The notes beneath the pieces are model-generated. The model had not been told where the DNA came from and searched no databases. It saw nothing but the letters and a program-made list of their open reading frames with translations. A DNA stretch of 64,000 nt from Octopus bimaculoides (lineage: Eukaryota): the NCBI RefSeq assembly GCF_001194135.2, contig NC_068989.1, positions 57,589,514-57,653,513 of the forward strand. Direction: 5' to 3'. This document shows, piece by piece, positions 12,750-24,270 of this stretch (position 1 is its first letter; every line of letters starts with the position of its first letter). The translations under genes were made by a program, and so were the position numbers.

Positions 12750-13955
12750 ACTGGCTATAAATAGTAAAATAATGGTAGTAGACAGATATAATTTTAATGT
12801 AACATTGATTACAACTAAAACAATTGTCACTCAATATGGCCGCCCTTTTGGGCAATTATTGCCTTCACATGAGAACCAAATTTGTTTGCAGCTACCGCAA
12901 CCGCTGCTGTTTTGATTTTTCGTGTCGCACACACGATGCAGGCCTTCAAACTGTTGACACTCGAGTATAGTGAAGCATTGGCCCTTGCTTGAAGCATGCC
13001 CCATAAAAATTAGTCGAGGAGGTTGAGTTCTGAGCTATTATTGGGCCAGATGTTGCCCTCACAAAAAAATAGCACCTTCTCACCAAGGAAGGCCTGTATT
13101 GCTTTTGACCCATAGCATGGTGCAGAATCCTGGTTAAGCACCCAAACTTCTGGTCTATCCAAGGTAACAGAGAGTTCTTCAGGATGTCCAGATACTTCTT
13201 TGTGCCGATCCTCAAGCCAACTTCAATGAATTGTGGATCTATGACACTTCCATCACTCGCCACTGCTCCAAATACCGTCACAGAGGCAGATTCTTAGTCT
13301 CAAACACAGTGGGGTTGTCAGGTTGCATGCAATAACCCGATTTCTGCGATTCACTTCAGCGTCCACAGTGAACTTCTCGTCCACAAACACGAGAGTTTTT
13401 CCTGCACCTTGATGCTTGATGAATGACAGAAGCTTTGGGCATCTCTCAGCTCTGATTGCTTTGGCCTTGGCCTTTACGAGGTGATGGGGTCGTCAAACAT
13501 AGCTAGTCATGCCAAGGTTCCTGCTCACAGCTCTGGACACCGTCGAAAGGAACACATTGCGTTTCTTTGCAAGAGTTGTCATGGATATTGGTAGGTTGAC
13601 TTCGTCGAGCGTTTGGGGTCAGCGAGTAACTTTGGATTGCGTTTGGAATCACTTCGTGTCTTGTGTTCTTTTCTATCAGTCTTTCCCTCTTCTTTAAATT
13701 GTTTATACATACGACAAACTGCTGCTTTCTGAAGCTTCATCAACTTGACAATTTTATTGGCAGTGTGCTCGGTGCGCGCCAGAACAATGACGGAACGATT
13801 TTGTTGTTCCATGGCTTTCTGTAGTCGAATCAGTTCGCTATTTACCTGAAAAATAAAGAGGAGGATTAAGCAAGCAAGGTTTTATCAAAAAATGAAATGT
13901 TAAACCCATTAAGTCAACTGCTTAAAATTGGTCTCAATTTATCTGCAAAACCTTG
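12750..13955 (-). mobile_element. Second decayed DD37D (maT) transposon, a different lineage from the 7951-9295 copy
   Basis: The ATG at 13812 starts an HTH-like N-terminus, followed by FVDEK and MTVFGAVASDG. QDSAPCYGSKAIQAFLGEKVLFFCEGNIWPNNSSELNLLD has exactly 37 residues between the two Asp. The right terminus ...ATCTGCAAAACCTTG is followed by TA at 13956-57. The left TIR was not found. Confidence 0.88.
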
Positions 13956-14619
13956 TATGTATGTATATATATATATGACAGGCTTCTTTCAGTATCCGTC
14001 TACCACATCTACTCACAAGCCTTTGGTCAGCCCGAGGCTATAGAAAAAGACACTTGGCCAAGATGCCACACGGACTGGACTGAACCCGGTACCATGCGTT
14101 TGAGAAGCAAGCTTCTTACCTCACAGCTACGCCTACGCCTATTATACAAGTTATATAAGTTTAGTGTGGACTGTGGAATAAACTCAAAAAACACCCACAA
14201 GGTGGGCTGAACAAGGTTGCACACCATCAACGCCATCATCATCATCGTCGTCGTCGTCATAATTATCATCATCATCATCATCGTCATCGTGTTCTTTCGG
14301 TACATTAATGATTTTCTCACTGTCATTTTTTATCAGACTGGTACATCGTAGTTATGCAGATTATACCGAAACTTCATAGACGTCATTCATCTGTTTACAT
14401 CAGTCATGCACTGTTTCTAATGAACAGAGACTTTGAAAGTATCTTTTCAGCTGGGGAGGGGGGAGTAATGGAGAAGGATTTGCCAACCATGTCTCATTCA
14501 ACTGTGTGTTTCGCATTAATAATATGCTCATATGTCTGAAACAGTGTACAGATATACATACACCTAGTGAGTGTGTGTGCGTGTGCGTGTGCGTGAAAAG
14601 GAGATGGGGAAGGGGAAAG

Positions 14620-15320
14620 AGACGGGGAAGGAAGGAAGGAAGGAAGCAAGCAAGCAATGAAGGAAGGAAGGAAGGAAGGAAGGAAGGAAAAAGGAAGGAA
14701 GGAAAAAAGGAAGGAAGGCAGGAAGGAAGGAAGGAAGGAAGGAAGGAAAGAAGGAAGGAAGGAAGCAAGCAAGCAAGCAAGGAAGGAAGCAAGGAATGAA
14801 GGAAGGAAGGAAGGAAGGAAGGAAGGGAGGAAGAAAAAGGAAGGAAGGAAAGAAGGAAGGAAGCAAGCAAGCAAGGAAGCAAGCAAGGAAGCAAGGAAGG
14901 AAGGAAGGAAGGAAAGAAGGAAGGAAGGAAGGAAGGAAGGAAGGAAGGAAAAAGGAAGGAAGCAAGCAAGCAAGCAAGGAAGCAAGCAAGGAAGCAAGGA
15001 AGGAAGGAAGGAAGGAAGGAAGAAAGGAAGGAAGGGAGGAAGGAAGGAAAAAGGAAGGAAGCAAGGAAGGAAGCAAGCAAGCAAGGAAGGAAGCAAGGAA
15101 GCAAGGAAGGAAGGAAGGAAGGAAGGAAGGAAGGAAGGAAGGAAGGATGGATGGATGGATGGATGGATGGATGGTAAGAAAGAAAGAAAGAAAGAAGGAA
15201 GGAAGGAAGGAAGGAAGGAAGGAAAGAAGGAAGGAAGAAGGGAAAAGAAAGAAACAAAGAAACAAAGAAATAAAGAAACAAAGAAACAAAGAAAGGAAGG
15301 AAGGAAGGAAGGAAGGAAAG
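14620..15320. repeat. Compound (GGAA)n/(GCAA)n/(GGAT)n/(GAAA)n tetranucleotide array
   Basis: About 700 bp of purine-dominated tetranucleotide repeats. It is the source of the EGRK and LPSF ORFs. Confidence 0.95.
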
Positions 15321-15794
15321 AGACAGTTTACAGCAGATTCACCAAAGCCAGCTGACTAAATGACAATCCATTACTCCCCAACAAGAGAACCTTTACAGAG
15401 ACACTACTGTTAAATGCAGCACCCAAATAACATTCAAATCACACCCAATCAAATAAATACAAAAGATATTCGATAATGCAGTCCTAGACATACTCTTAAA
15501 AAGATGATAATTTGGTCACGGTTGGTCACTGCTGATCATTTCTATGTTCATAGATCTTTATGATTGGTGCCAAACAGCCAATCTTTATGATTGGTTTCAA
15601 ACATGGTATATACTTTGTCGGCTCTCTATGCTGAAGGTTCGTTGTTCTCTGAAGTCTCTAAATCTGAAACCATTCCCACCAACACCCACCTTACACTCAT
15701 ACCCGACTCTCTTTCATTTTCCCCTCCTTTGTTGTTGTAACTGACCCCCACAAATCCTTGGCTAAACTCTAAACCCATTTTTTTTTTCTGTGTG

Positions 15795-16075
15795 TACTGA
15801 CACTCCATCGGTTACGGCGACAAAGGTTTCAAAGATCCCATCAACGGAACAGCCTGTAGATTAACGTACAAATGGCTAAACACTCTACAAACACACGTAC
15901 CCTTCAAGTAGTTCTGAAGGCATGACACATAATGTGACAAGGCTGACCTTTGAATTCAATTTTGACAACTGAGTTAACTGGGGCAACGTGAAATAAAATG
16001 TCTTGCTCAAGGATACAACACGCCACCGGGAATCGAACTCACGACTTCACGATCGTGAGCCGATTACCCCTAACA
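15795..16075 (-). mobile_element. SINE family A, diverged copy
   Basis: It shares cccatcaacggaacagcctg, tgtgacaaggctgacc and ccgggaatcgaactc with the 3671-4060 copy. Confidence 0.75.
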
Positions 16076-17099
16076 TCTAATCCTTCTTTTTTGATATAAT
16101 CTCTCGTCTTACACATTTCTCTACATAGTTAGCTATGTTTCAACATTGCCAGTATGGGATAGACTGAAAAGGAAGACCACGAGGCATTACCTCGCTATAT
16201 TGAATTTAATAATAAACAATTATATACACATCCCTTACAAAGATCTGTCATCATCGTTATCATCATTCTCATCATGTTAAACGAAAGGAAAATTAGTCAT
16301 TTGGGTGAAGCAAAAGCACTCTGGGTTTATGGATGAAGTGTATCGTTTTTTGTGAGTGTTTTTCAATGATATTAGCAACGCAAGGGATGTAGCTTCGACC
16401 ATCAGTTAAACCGTGTTTGTGGATCTTACTTCACTGGGAGTTTACGTTTTCTACTTCATTATCACTTCTATACTATAAATAAATTATGAAATCTAGAATA
16501 GAACAACAAAAACAAAACAGATCACCCTTCCGGTTAATTTTATTGATTTATATTACTATTTCATCGATTCGGGTAGAGGTAGAGTGCTAGACAAGTCTGT
16601 TACATTTAATTTTGTTTCTTTATGTACTGGGGTCGACTTTGCTTTTGATCTGTCCTGGGCATACACAATAATTACAAATATGTAGGGGTGTTCTTGTTCC
16701 ATTAATTTGTAACCGAGATCGCTGAAAGAAATCATTATAATAATTATTATTTGCAATCTGAGATACACTTCAAAAGTTTCTTTTCTTACGTTATAAAGAA
16801 TTAGTTACATCATAGCAAGCTTACATGCAAATGTCCAAGGATAATTGCTGCTTTGGAAGATATCAACACTGACCCCAGGGATATCTTCCAAACGTGAAAG
16901 ATATACACGGACCAAATTACTAAAATGAAGATATTATGGTGTAACAAAAGAAGGCTTCTTTATGGATTGAAAAAGAATTTATTCGTTACGTTAATAGGAA
17001 TGGTGTTCAATACAAATTAATGAAAATATTCACATGAAACAGCATAATATGACACGTAAAGAAAGTCTTTGTTAGAAATTCAACATTTGGACTATTTTT

Positions 17100-17400
17100 T
17101 ACATATCAAATACATATTGGGGTCCTTGGTGTGTCCTCTTCTTCGATCATTCCAGGTTGAACATGCAGCTGTGAAAAGCAGCCATTTCCACTTTGAGATT
17201 TGGGCGCTCAATTTAGCTGTATTTGTAGGCCTCGTTCTATTCAGGCTATAAAATTATCACGTGAACAACGGCTGTTCATTGGATAAAATCTCGGTTGAGC
17301 ACATGATTGAATTGTGATTTCTATGTGGCAAAATGCGGGTCGAGTCCAATACTACAACAGCATATGTGGAAATTTGTCTATCATTCCATTTGTAAGTGGT
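17100..17400 (-). pseudogene. Possible RTE-like LINE C-terminal remnant
   Basis: The minus frame KWKWLLFTAACSTWNDRRRGHTKDP resembles the RTE ...LLF...W.RRRG..KTW segment. It is highly decayed. Confidence 0.4.
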
Positions 17401-17530
17401 ACAATTGGAATGGTAAACAATCGCTTTTTATTTTTATTGACCCCTTTCATTGCAAGACCGAGTGCAGCTCTATACACCTTGGGTAACTTGTAGTATATTG
17501 TTTTGGCTTTGTATTATCGATTGTTCTATG

Positions 17531-17574
<44 letters not shown>

Positions 17575-17744
17575 CTTAATAATGCTCTTGTCTGTGTTGT
17601 GTTCTGGAATTTCGACAATGTATTTTTTTATCAGCATCTTTTTTTAACCATTTCTCGGGACTGATTTTTGTTTTAGGTCTTCACATACTTTATATCTCTA
17701 ATTCCATATTTCACACTTCGGCAGTTTCTAATTATTAATATGAT

Positions 17745-18310
17745 CATTTTACCGCACCGAACAGAATGCTTGACGGTATTTCTTCTGGTTTTACGTTCTG
17801 AGGTTAAATGTTGCCGAGGTCGACTACTTTTCAGCCTTTCGAGGTTAGCACTGGGGTCGATGTAATTGACTTATCCCTTCCCACGAAATTGCTGGCCTTG
17901 TGTGAAAATTTGAAACTAATATCATTATTGTTTTACCGCACCGGATAAAATGCTTGGCGGCATTTCTTCAGGCTTTATGTTCTAAGTTCGAAATTCCACG
18001 GAGGTTGACGTTGCCTTTCAACCTTTCGGGGTCGATGAAATAAGTACCAGTCAAGCACTAGGGTCGATGTAATCCATTAGTCTCCTCCCGAAAATGGCAG
18101 GGTTAATTATATTATCAGTTTAGTACACTGGGAAAATGCTCAGCGGTATTTTCTTAGTCTTTACGTGCTGACTTCAAATTTCACCGAGGTCGGCTCTGAC
18201 TTTCATCCTTTCAGGGTCGACAAAATAAGTTCCAGTTAAGCACTGGTGTTGAGGTAACCAGCTTCCTTCTTCCCTCAAAATTGCTGACCTTGTGACAAAA
18301 TTAGAAATAT
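17745..18310 (+). mobile_element. Three head-to-tail copies of SINE family C
   Basis: Units start at about 17751, 17935 and 18121 (period ~185 bp). Each has the AAATGCTT..CGGTATTTC..TTACGTTCTGAGTTCAAATT..GAGGTCGAC..GGGGTCGAT core and is separated from the next by ATT-rich spacers. Confidence 0.85.
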
Positions 18311-18327
18311 TATTATCATTATTATTG

Positions 18328-18776
18328 AGAGAGCAATGCATGTCATCAAAGTAACATTTGGGTACAAATTATACGAAGCCCAATAACCCCATCATCACTA
18401 CCCGTCTGACAAGGGTACACCAGGCACATGCATCACAACCATATGTGCGCAACATGATGATCTCATAACAAGATAACGCGTGACATTGCAGGTGAGGCCT
18501 ATTGAAGATTTTTTTCAGGTCAAGTAACCCATTCCGTTCAAAAGGTCCCTGAACAAGATTTGTTTACGGATGATGGACAGAGACGTACATATCATCAGCC
18601 ACTAAGGGGAATGCTCAACTGGTTAAAGTCAAGCAACTGACAAGCAAATCTGTGGTATTGAGCAGAATATTTGTTGTAACCCATCTTTTATACCAAGACA
18701 AAACATGTACATGATTACACTTCCAATGGGCTAAGATTAGAAGCCAAGAGAGCCAGTGCCTGGTACTGCATCAGGG
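18328..18776. mobile_element. Unclassified interspersed repeat flanked by (ATT)n
   Basis: A discrete higher-GC block with ATT-rich flanks. I recall a similar sequence as a common octopus repeat, but this is unverified. Confidence 0.4.
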
Positions 18777-19358
18777 AATTATAATAATTATTATTATTAT
18801 TGTTGCTGTTGTTGTTGATGATGATCATGATCATGAAATTATAACTATGATCGATAGCACAATCGGTAGAACACCGGAGAAAATTACCTTAAATTATTTA
18901 ATTTCGTCTATTTATATCATAGCTTCAAATCTGATTGCGTTCAACATTACCTTGTTCTATTTCCGGTGGTTATAAAATAATTCCATGTAATATAATAAAC
19001 GGTCGGTTTAATCGAATGCATCGTACTCAGAGTTTATGATGTTGTACCCGTGGAAAAGAAAAATCATTATTTTTACTATTAACATTGTTGCTGTTTAGAT
19101 TGTTGGTCAGTATTGTTGCTACTAATGTTGTAATGATTTTTATTGGTGTTGACATTTTAGTCAGCATGTCTGCCATATTCTTTTATTGAGAAACTTTAAT
19201 AATTACAAAAATGATTTTAAAAGAAGTGAAATGAAAAGAACGAAATATAAATACCAAGCTTTTTGTTCTTGTTTACTCTAGAACTGGTTTAGAATACAAA
19301 ATGTAAGGTAGAAACAAATAAAAGAGAGTGTGTGCGTAGGTATGCATACATGCCTCGC

Positions 19359-19393
<35 letters not shown>

Positions 19394-19674
19394 AGAGTAT
19401 ACTTCCATGCAACGAGAGATAAATATCATTTAATAAACACTGGATTTAAATACAAGCCCCTATAAGTTTCATGCACTTATAGTTCAACAGTCGGATGAGC
19501 TTCTATAAAGCCTGGAAGATTGCACAATAGTACATAGCACGCCATACAAACTCGTCAAGCTATTGTACTTTTAGAATGTGAAAATTATAGTAACTCACAG
19601 TTAAATCTTGTGTATATTAAATTATGTGTGTGTGTATGTATATATATATATGTGTGTGTGTATGTGTGTGTATG

Positions 19675-19718
<44 letters not shown>

Positions 19719-19760
19719 TGTATTCATATGTCATTTAATATACATAAGCCGTATATATAT

Positions 19761-19799
<39 letters not shown>

Positions 19800-19894
19800 T
19801 ATAGATATATATATAAACAGAGTGTTCTATTTATCCTACATCTATCAAACCTAAACACAGACATACATATATATATAATAAATATACGCGCACA

Positions 19895-19987
<93 letters not shown>

Positions 19988-20296
19988 AAACACAAAAATA
20001 ATACAAAAGAGCAGTATGAACTTATAACTGAGAACCAATTTCACATAACCTTTAAATGTTGATGAATGAATTATGAAAATAAAACGAAATGAAAACATGC
20101 ACGAAAATTTTTAATTCGTTAGAATCGACAATACCAAAAACGGTAAATTTAACCAGCATCAAAGATAGTATCAAAGAATCGCAGTAATTTACAATACCCG
20201 TGTGATATTTAAAGCCAAACATAGATGTGCGTGTGTGTGTGTGCGTGTGTGTGTGTGTCTGTGTCTGTGTGTGTGTGTATGTGTCTGTGCGTGTGC

Positions 20297-20334
<38 letters not shown>

Positions 20335-20753
20335 CTGTGTGTGTCTCTGTGTGTCTGTGTGTGTGTGTGTGTGTGTGTCACTAATAGACAAAGAATACCG
20401 TGCATAAATAGAATCATATGACACGTACATTAAACATTCTATTAGAACAGCGGACAGATATAGGTATAGACAAAATTGATAGTGAAATTAAATAGACCAA
20501 TAGAGAGAAAAGAAAACAGATGAGATAAAATTGAATCAAATTTGGATCCTAACTAGCTTGTCAGTTTGTGCAGGATAACATTGGAAGATATAAGGAGAAA
20601 GAGAAAGTGGAGAAGGAGGGGTACGGGAAAGAATGAGAGATCGAGTGCTGATAAAAACCAGCGATGAAGAATCAATATGTTTTAATATGTGAATGATGAA
20701 GTCTAGTTTAATGGAATGAGTTAGAAAAACTAATATGAAAAAAAAAATTCTAA

Positions 20754-21146
20754 GGCGCAGGCGCGGCGGTGTGGTAAGAAGCTTGCTTCCCAACCACATG
20801 GTCCCGAGTTCATCCCACTGCGTGGAAACTTGGGTGTCTTCTGCTATAGCCTTGGGCCAACCGAAGCTGTGTGAGTGGACCTGGTTGACGGAAACTGAAA
20901 GAAGCCCGTCGTATATAAATATATATATATATATTCTGTGTGTGTTTTGTGCGTGTATTTTTATGTCGGTGTTTGACCCCCACCGTCGCTTGACAATCGG
21001 TGCTGGTGTATTTACGTCCCCGTAACGAAGAAACCGATAGAATAAGTACTAGGCTTTAAAAAATAAGGACTGGGATCGAGTCATTCGATTAAAAAATCCT
21101 CGGTGCCCCAGCATGGCTGCAGTCTAATGACTGAAAAAGATAAAAG
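20754..21146 (+). mobile_element. SINE family B, near full length, with internal (TA)/(TG) microsatellite
   Basis: The head reads GGCGCAGGCGCGGCGGTGTGGTAAGAAGCTTGCTTCCCAACCACATGG. A central GAAACTGAAAGAAGCCCGTCGTATAT is followed by a microsatellite, and the 3' end is GCATGGCTGCAGTCTAATGACTGAAA. Confidence 0.9.
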
Positions 21147-21329
21147 GTAGTACTTTTTTTCTTTACTGCTACAGGCACAAAGCCTGAATTTTTTGTGGGT
21201 GGAGGGTGTTAGTCAATTACATCGATCTCTATACTTGGCGGGTGCTTATTTTATCGATAAAAGGCAAAGCTAACCTCGGCGGTATTTGAGCCGGAACAAT
21301 GCCACAGTCTTCCGGCGTTCTAACGATCA

Positions 21330-21545
21330 TAAGATAGTGGTTTCGGTTCCCAGATTGGGTGGTACATTGTGTTCTTGTGTTCTTCACTTCAGTTCACTCA
21401 GCTGTAAATGAATTCCAGCAATAACAGGGAGGTTAACCCTGTGAATGACCGGTGTCCCATTCAGGGGTAGGGAGGAATATTGTAATCTCATTCATATGCC
21501 ATTGAAACCGGATTAAGGTCCGACCTTCGGAGTCGTAGGGCTCAT
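21330..21545 (+). mobile_element. Further SINE remnant with CORE/V-like central domain
   Basis: A B-box-like GGTTTCGGTTCCC is followed by TTGTGTTCTT..CAGTTCACTCAGCTGTAAATGA..AACCCTGTGA..GTCCCATTCAGGGG. The domain assignment is from recall. Confidence 0.5.
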
Positions 21546-22884
21546 GACAGACCTAAGTCCTAAACATCAGGTGTCGAGCTGACAATAGTTAGAGTGTCCT
21601 GCAGCTCTTTACGTTCTCAGTTCAATTCAAGCTGAAGTCAACTTTGTCTTTCATCCCTCGAAATCCAATTTAATAAAGTACCAATCGAGCACCGTAATCG
21701 ATTCAATCGACTAACCTCCTCCCCTAATATTGCTAGCCTTGTGCCAAAATTTGGAGCAAGAATTATTAAGGAGGTGAGTGATAGCATCGATAGCGCGATG
21801 GTTCTCTATTGTTTATAAATTCAAATCCAACGTTATCGTCTGTATCCACACAAAAGAATTATTGTAAAAGCAACAATTGTAAGATAATATCAAGAGGAAC
21901 GATTGTAAGATTACAAAGTAGTTTGCTAGATTATGATGTTGAGCTGAATATCTCCCATAGATATCCAGTTACAAGCGGATTATCTCACTGTTCTCGTTTT
22001 GGAATCAGTTTAGTTTATCACTTATTGACACACATCATCAATAAAAAAAAGAATTCAATTCTAACAAGAGAAAGATCTGCAGACTACACCACTGTGCTAC
22101 AACTCTAGTACTACAAACTAACAAGGCGGGGAGGGTGTTCTGTGTGATCGAAAGACCTGGTAAAAATAGCAGCCAAATCTTCCTCAAATCACCCACCCCC
22201 ACCATTTGAGAAAGGACACTTTGAGAATAAATGGTTAAATGTACAGTGAACAGAGAGAACAAGAACGCTAACACCTATTCATTTTTAATGCGTTCAAAGA
22301 GACTCAAACACGAATATATCAATCACTGTTATATTTCGTTACTGAAGAACTGCTTTCTGACGAATATATGTTCTTAACACACTTGATTTAATGGGGTGTC
22401 TCGACGTCCCTGCACCTTAATGAATCGAGAGTGTTATAAACACACATTTTTCAGAAAGATATTCTCTAATGACAAAATATTATAACAATTAGCAAATTCA
22501 TTTTCGAATCTGTCAGAATGTATTAAGCCTGAAATTTTTATGATATTTGATAATGTTATTCTGGATTCCCTGCCCAAAGGGAAAAGACGAGATATTCAAG
22601 GCTGGAATGCTTTGAAAATGGATCTGTCCGACGAGGGCTAAGCTGGGACTAAACAACAAACACCAGAACCATTAATCATAGTTGTGGAGGAAATTAGCTT
22701 CTGTCATCTCGTACGATTTAGCGCATCACGACAACGTCCCAGGATTATCAACATTACAAGCTCAAAGAAAATCTTTCAGACAGGCATTTCTAAACGGTCG
22801 CTAATGAAACTGTCCGTAGATGCAATCTTCTTGCTCAATAGCTAACCATGAATGTAGGAGTAGTAACATTAACGGTAGCAATTA

Positions 22885-22885
22885 A

Positions 22886-22921
<36 letters not shown>

Positions 22922-23010
22922 GGTGGTGGTGGTGGTAGTGGTAGTAGTAGTAGCNNNNNNNNNNNNNNNNNNNNNNNNNNNNNNNNNNNNNNNNNNNNNN
23001 NNNNNNNGTG

Positions 23011-23087
<77 letters not shown>

Positions 23088-23140
23088 GGTGGTGGTGGTG
23101 GTAGTGGTAGTAGTAGTAGCGGCGGCGGCGGCGGCGGCGA
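22885..23140. repeat. (TAG)n/(TGG)n/(GGC)n trinucleotide array with internal gap
   Basis: Read directly. It is the source of the poly-V, poly-S and poly-T ORFs. Confidence 0.95.
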
Positions 23141-23575
23141 AAGTACTGCTGCTGCTATTTGTAGTTGGCAGCAGCAATTGTAATAGCGGTTTGTGACATT
23201 GCTTGCTTTGGATTATTGACGATATTTGGCTGGCCATAAAATTGCTATTGAAATCAAAACCGGTTGATAAATAATTGATTATTTGATATCAATACTTTTG
23301 CTGTTTGTCTCATGTGTTCATTCAATGATTTATTGGCTTTTGCCTTTATTTCACAAAAAATTACGTCCAGTTAAGAATAGCCGTTTTAATTATGACAGTC
23401 CCAGAGGCAAACTGTGTAGAGAAAAGTGGTGAGGTATTAGCAAACTGGATCCTGGAATCTCGGAAATATATCTCTTTAGATATTCTGTTACTCACACTGG
23501 GAAATCATTGAAGATTATGCGATCTCATTTTTACTTCCTTTTCCTGTCTTGTGTCTCAGTAAATAAATATTAGCA

Positions 23576-24270
23576 TAGGCGTGGCTGTGTGGTAAGTAAC
23601 TTGCTTCTCGACCACGTGGTCCCGGATTCAGTCCCACTATGTGACGTGGCATCGTGGGTAAGTGTCTTCTACTATAGCCTCTGGCCAAACAAAGCCTTTG
23701 TGGGTTGATTTGGTAGACGGAAACTGAAAGAAATCCATCGTATATATATACATATATATATATATATAGGTTATGAGCGAAAGTGGTGTCAATTAGACCC
23801 AGAGGTTTCAGGTAATGCTGAGTAAGTGCAATAGATAGACCACAGTAAAGTTCCAGGTTCGGTGATTATGCGAATAAGGAGGCCAACGTAGATCATACAT
23901 CAGCATATGAATATACGGATTTCTTAATGGAATAAAAAAAAACCAAGGCTGTGTATAATATAGAACATTTATAAATAGAAGGTCTTACATATATATATAT
24001 ATATATATANNNNNNNNNNNNNNNNNNNNNNNNNNNNNNNNNNNNNNNNNNNNNNNNNNNNTTTGTGTCAGTGTTTGTCCCCCACCACCCCTTGATAATC
24101 GGAGTTGAGTGTTTCTCGTCCCATAATCTAGAGGTTCGGCAATAATGACCGATGGAATAAGTACCATGTTTTAAAAAAGTACTAAGTTCGATTCATTCGA
24201 CTAAAAATTCTTCAAGGCGGTGCCCCAGCATAGCCGCAGTCTAATGACAGAAACGAGTAAAAGATAAAGA
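23576..24270 (+). mobile_element. SINE family B, split at its internal microsatellite by ~230 bp of foreign sequence and a gap
   Basis: The 5' half is at 23576-23768 and the 3' half at 24062-24270. Both match the 20754 copy. Confidence 0.8.

Noticed and set aside
14400-15359. Long EGRK and LPSF ORFs
   Set aside because: These are translations of the GGAA/GCAA microsatellite.
22848-23237. Poly-Ser/Gly/Val ORFs
   Set aside because: These come from a trinucleotide repeat spanning a gap.
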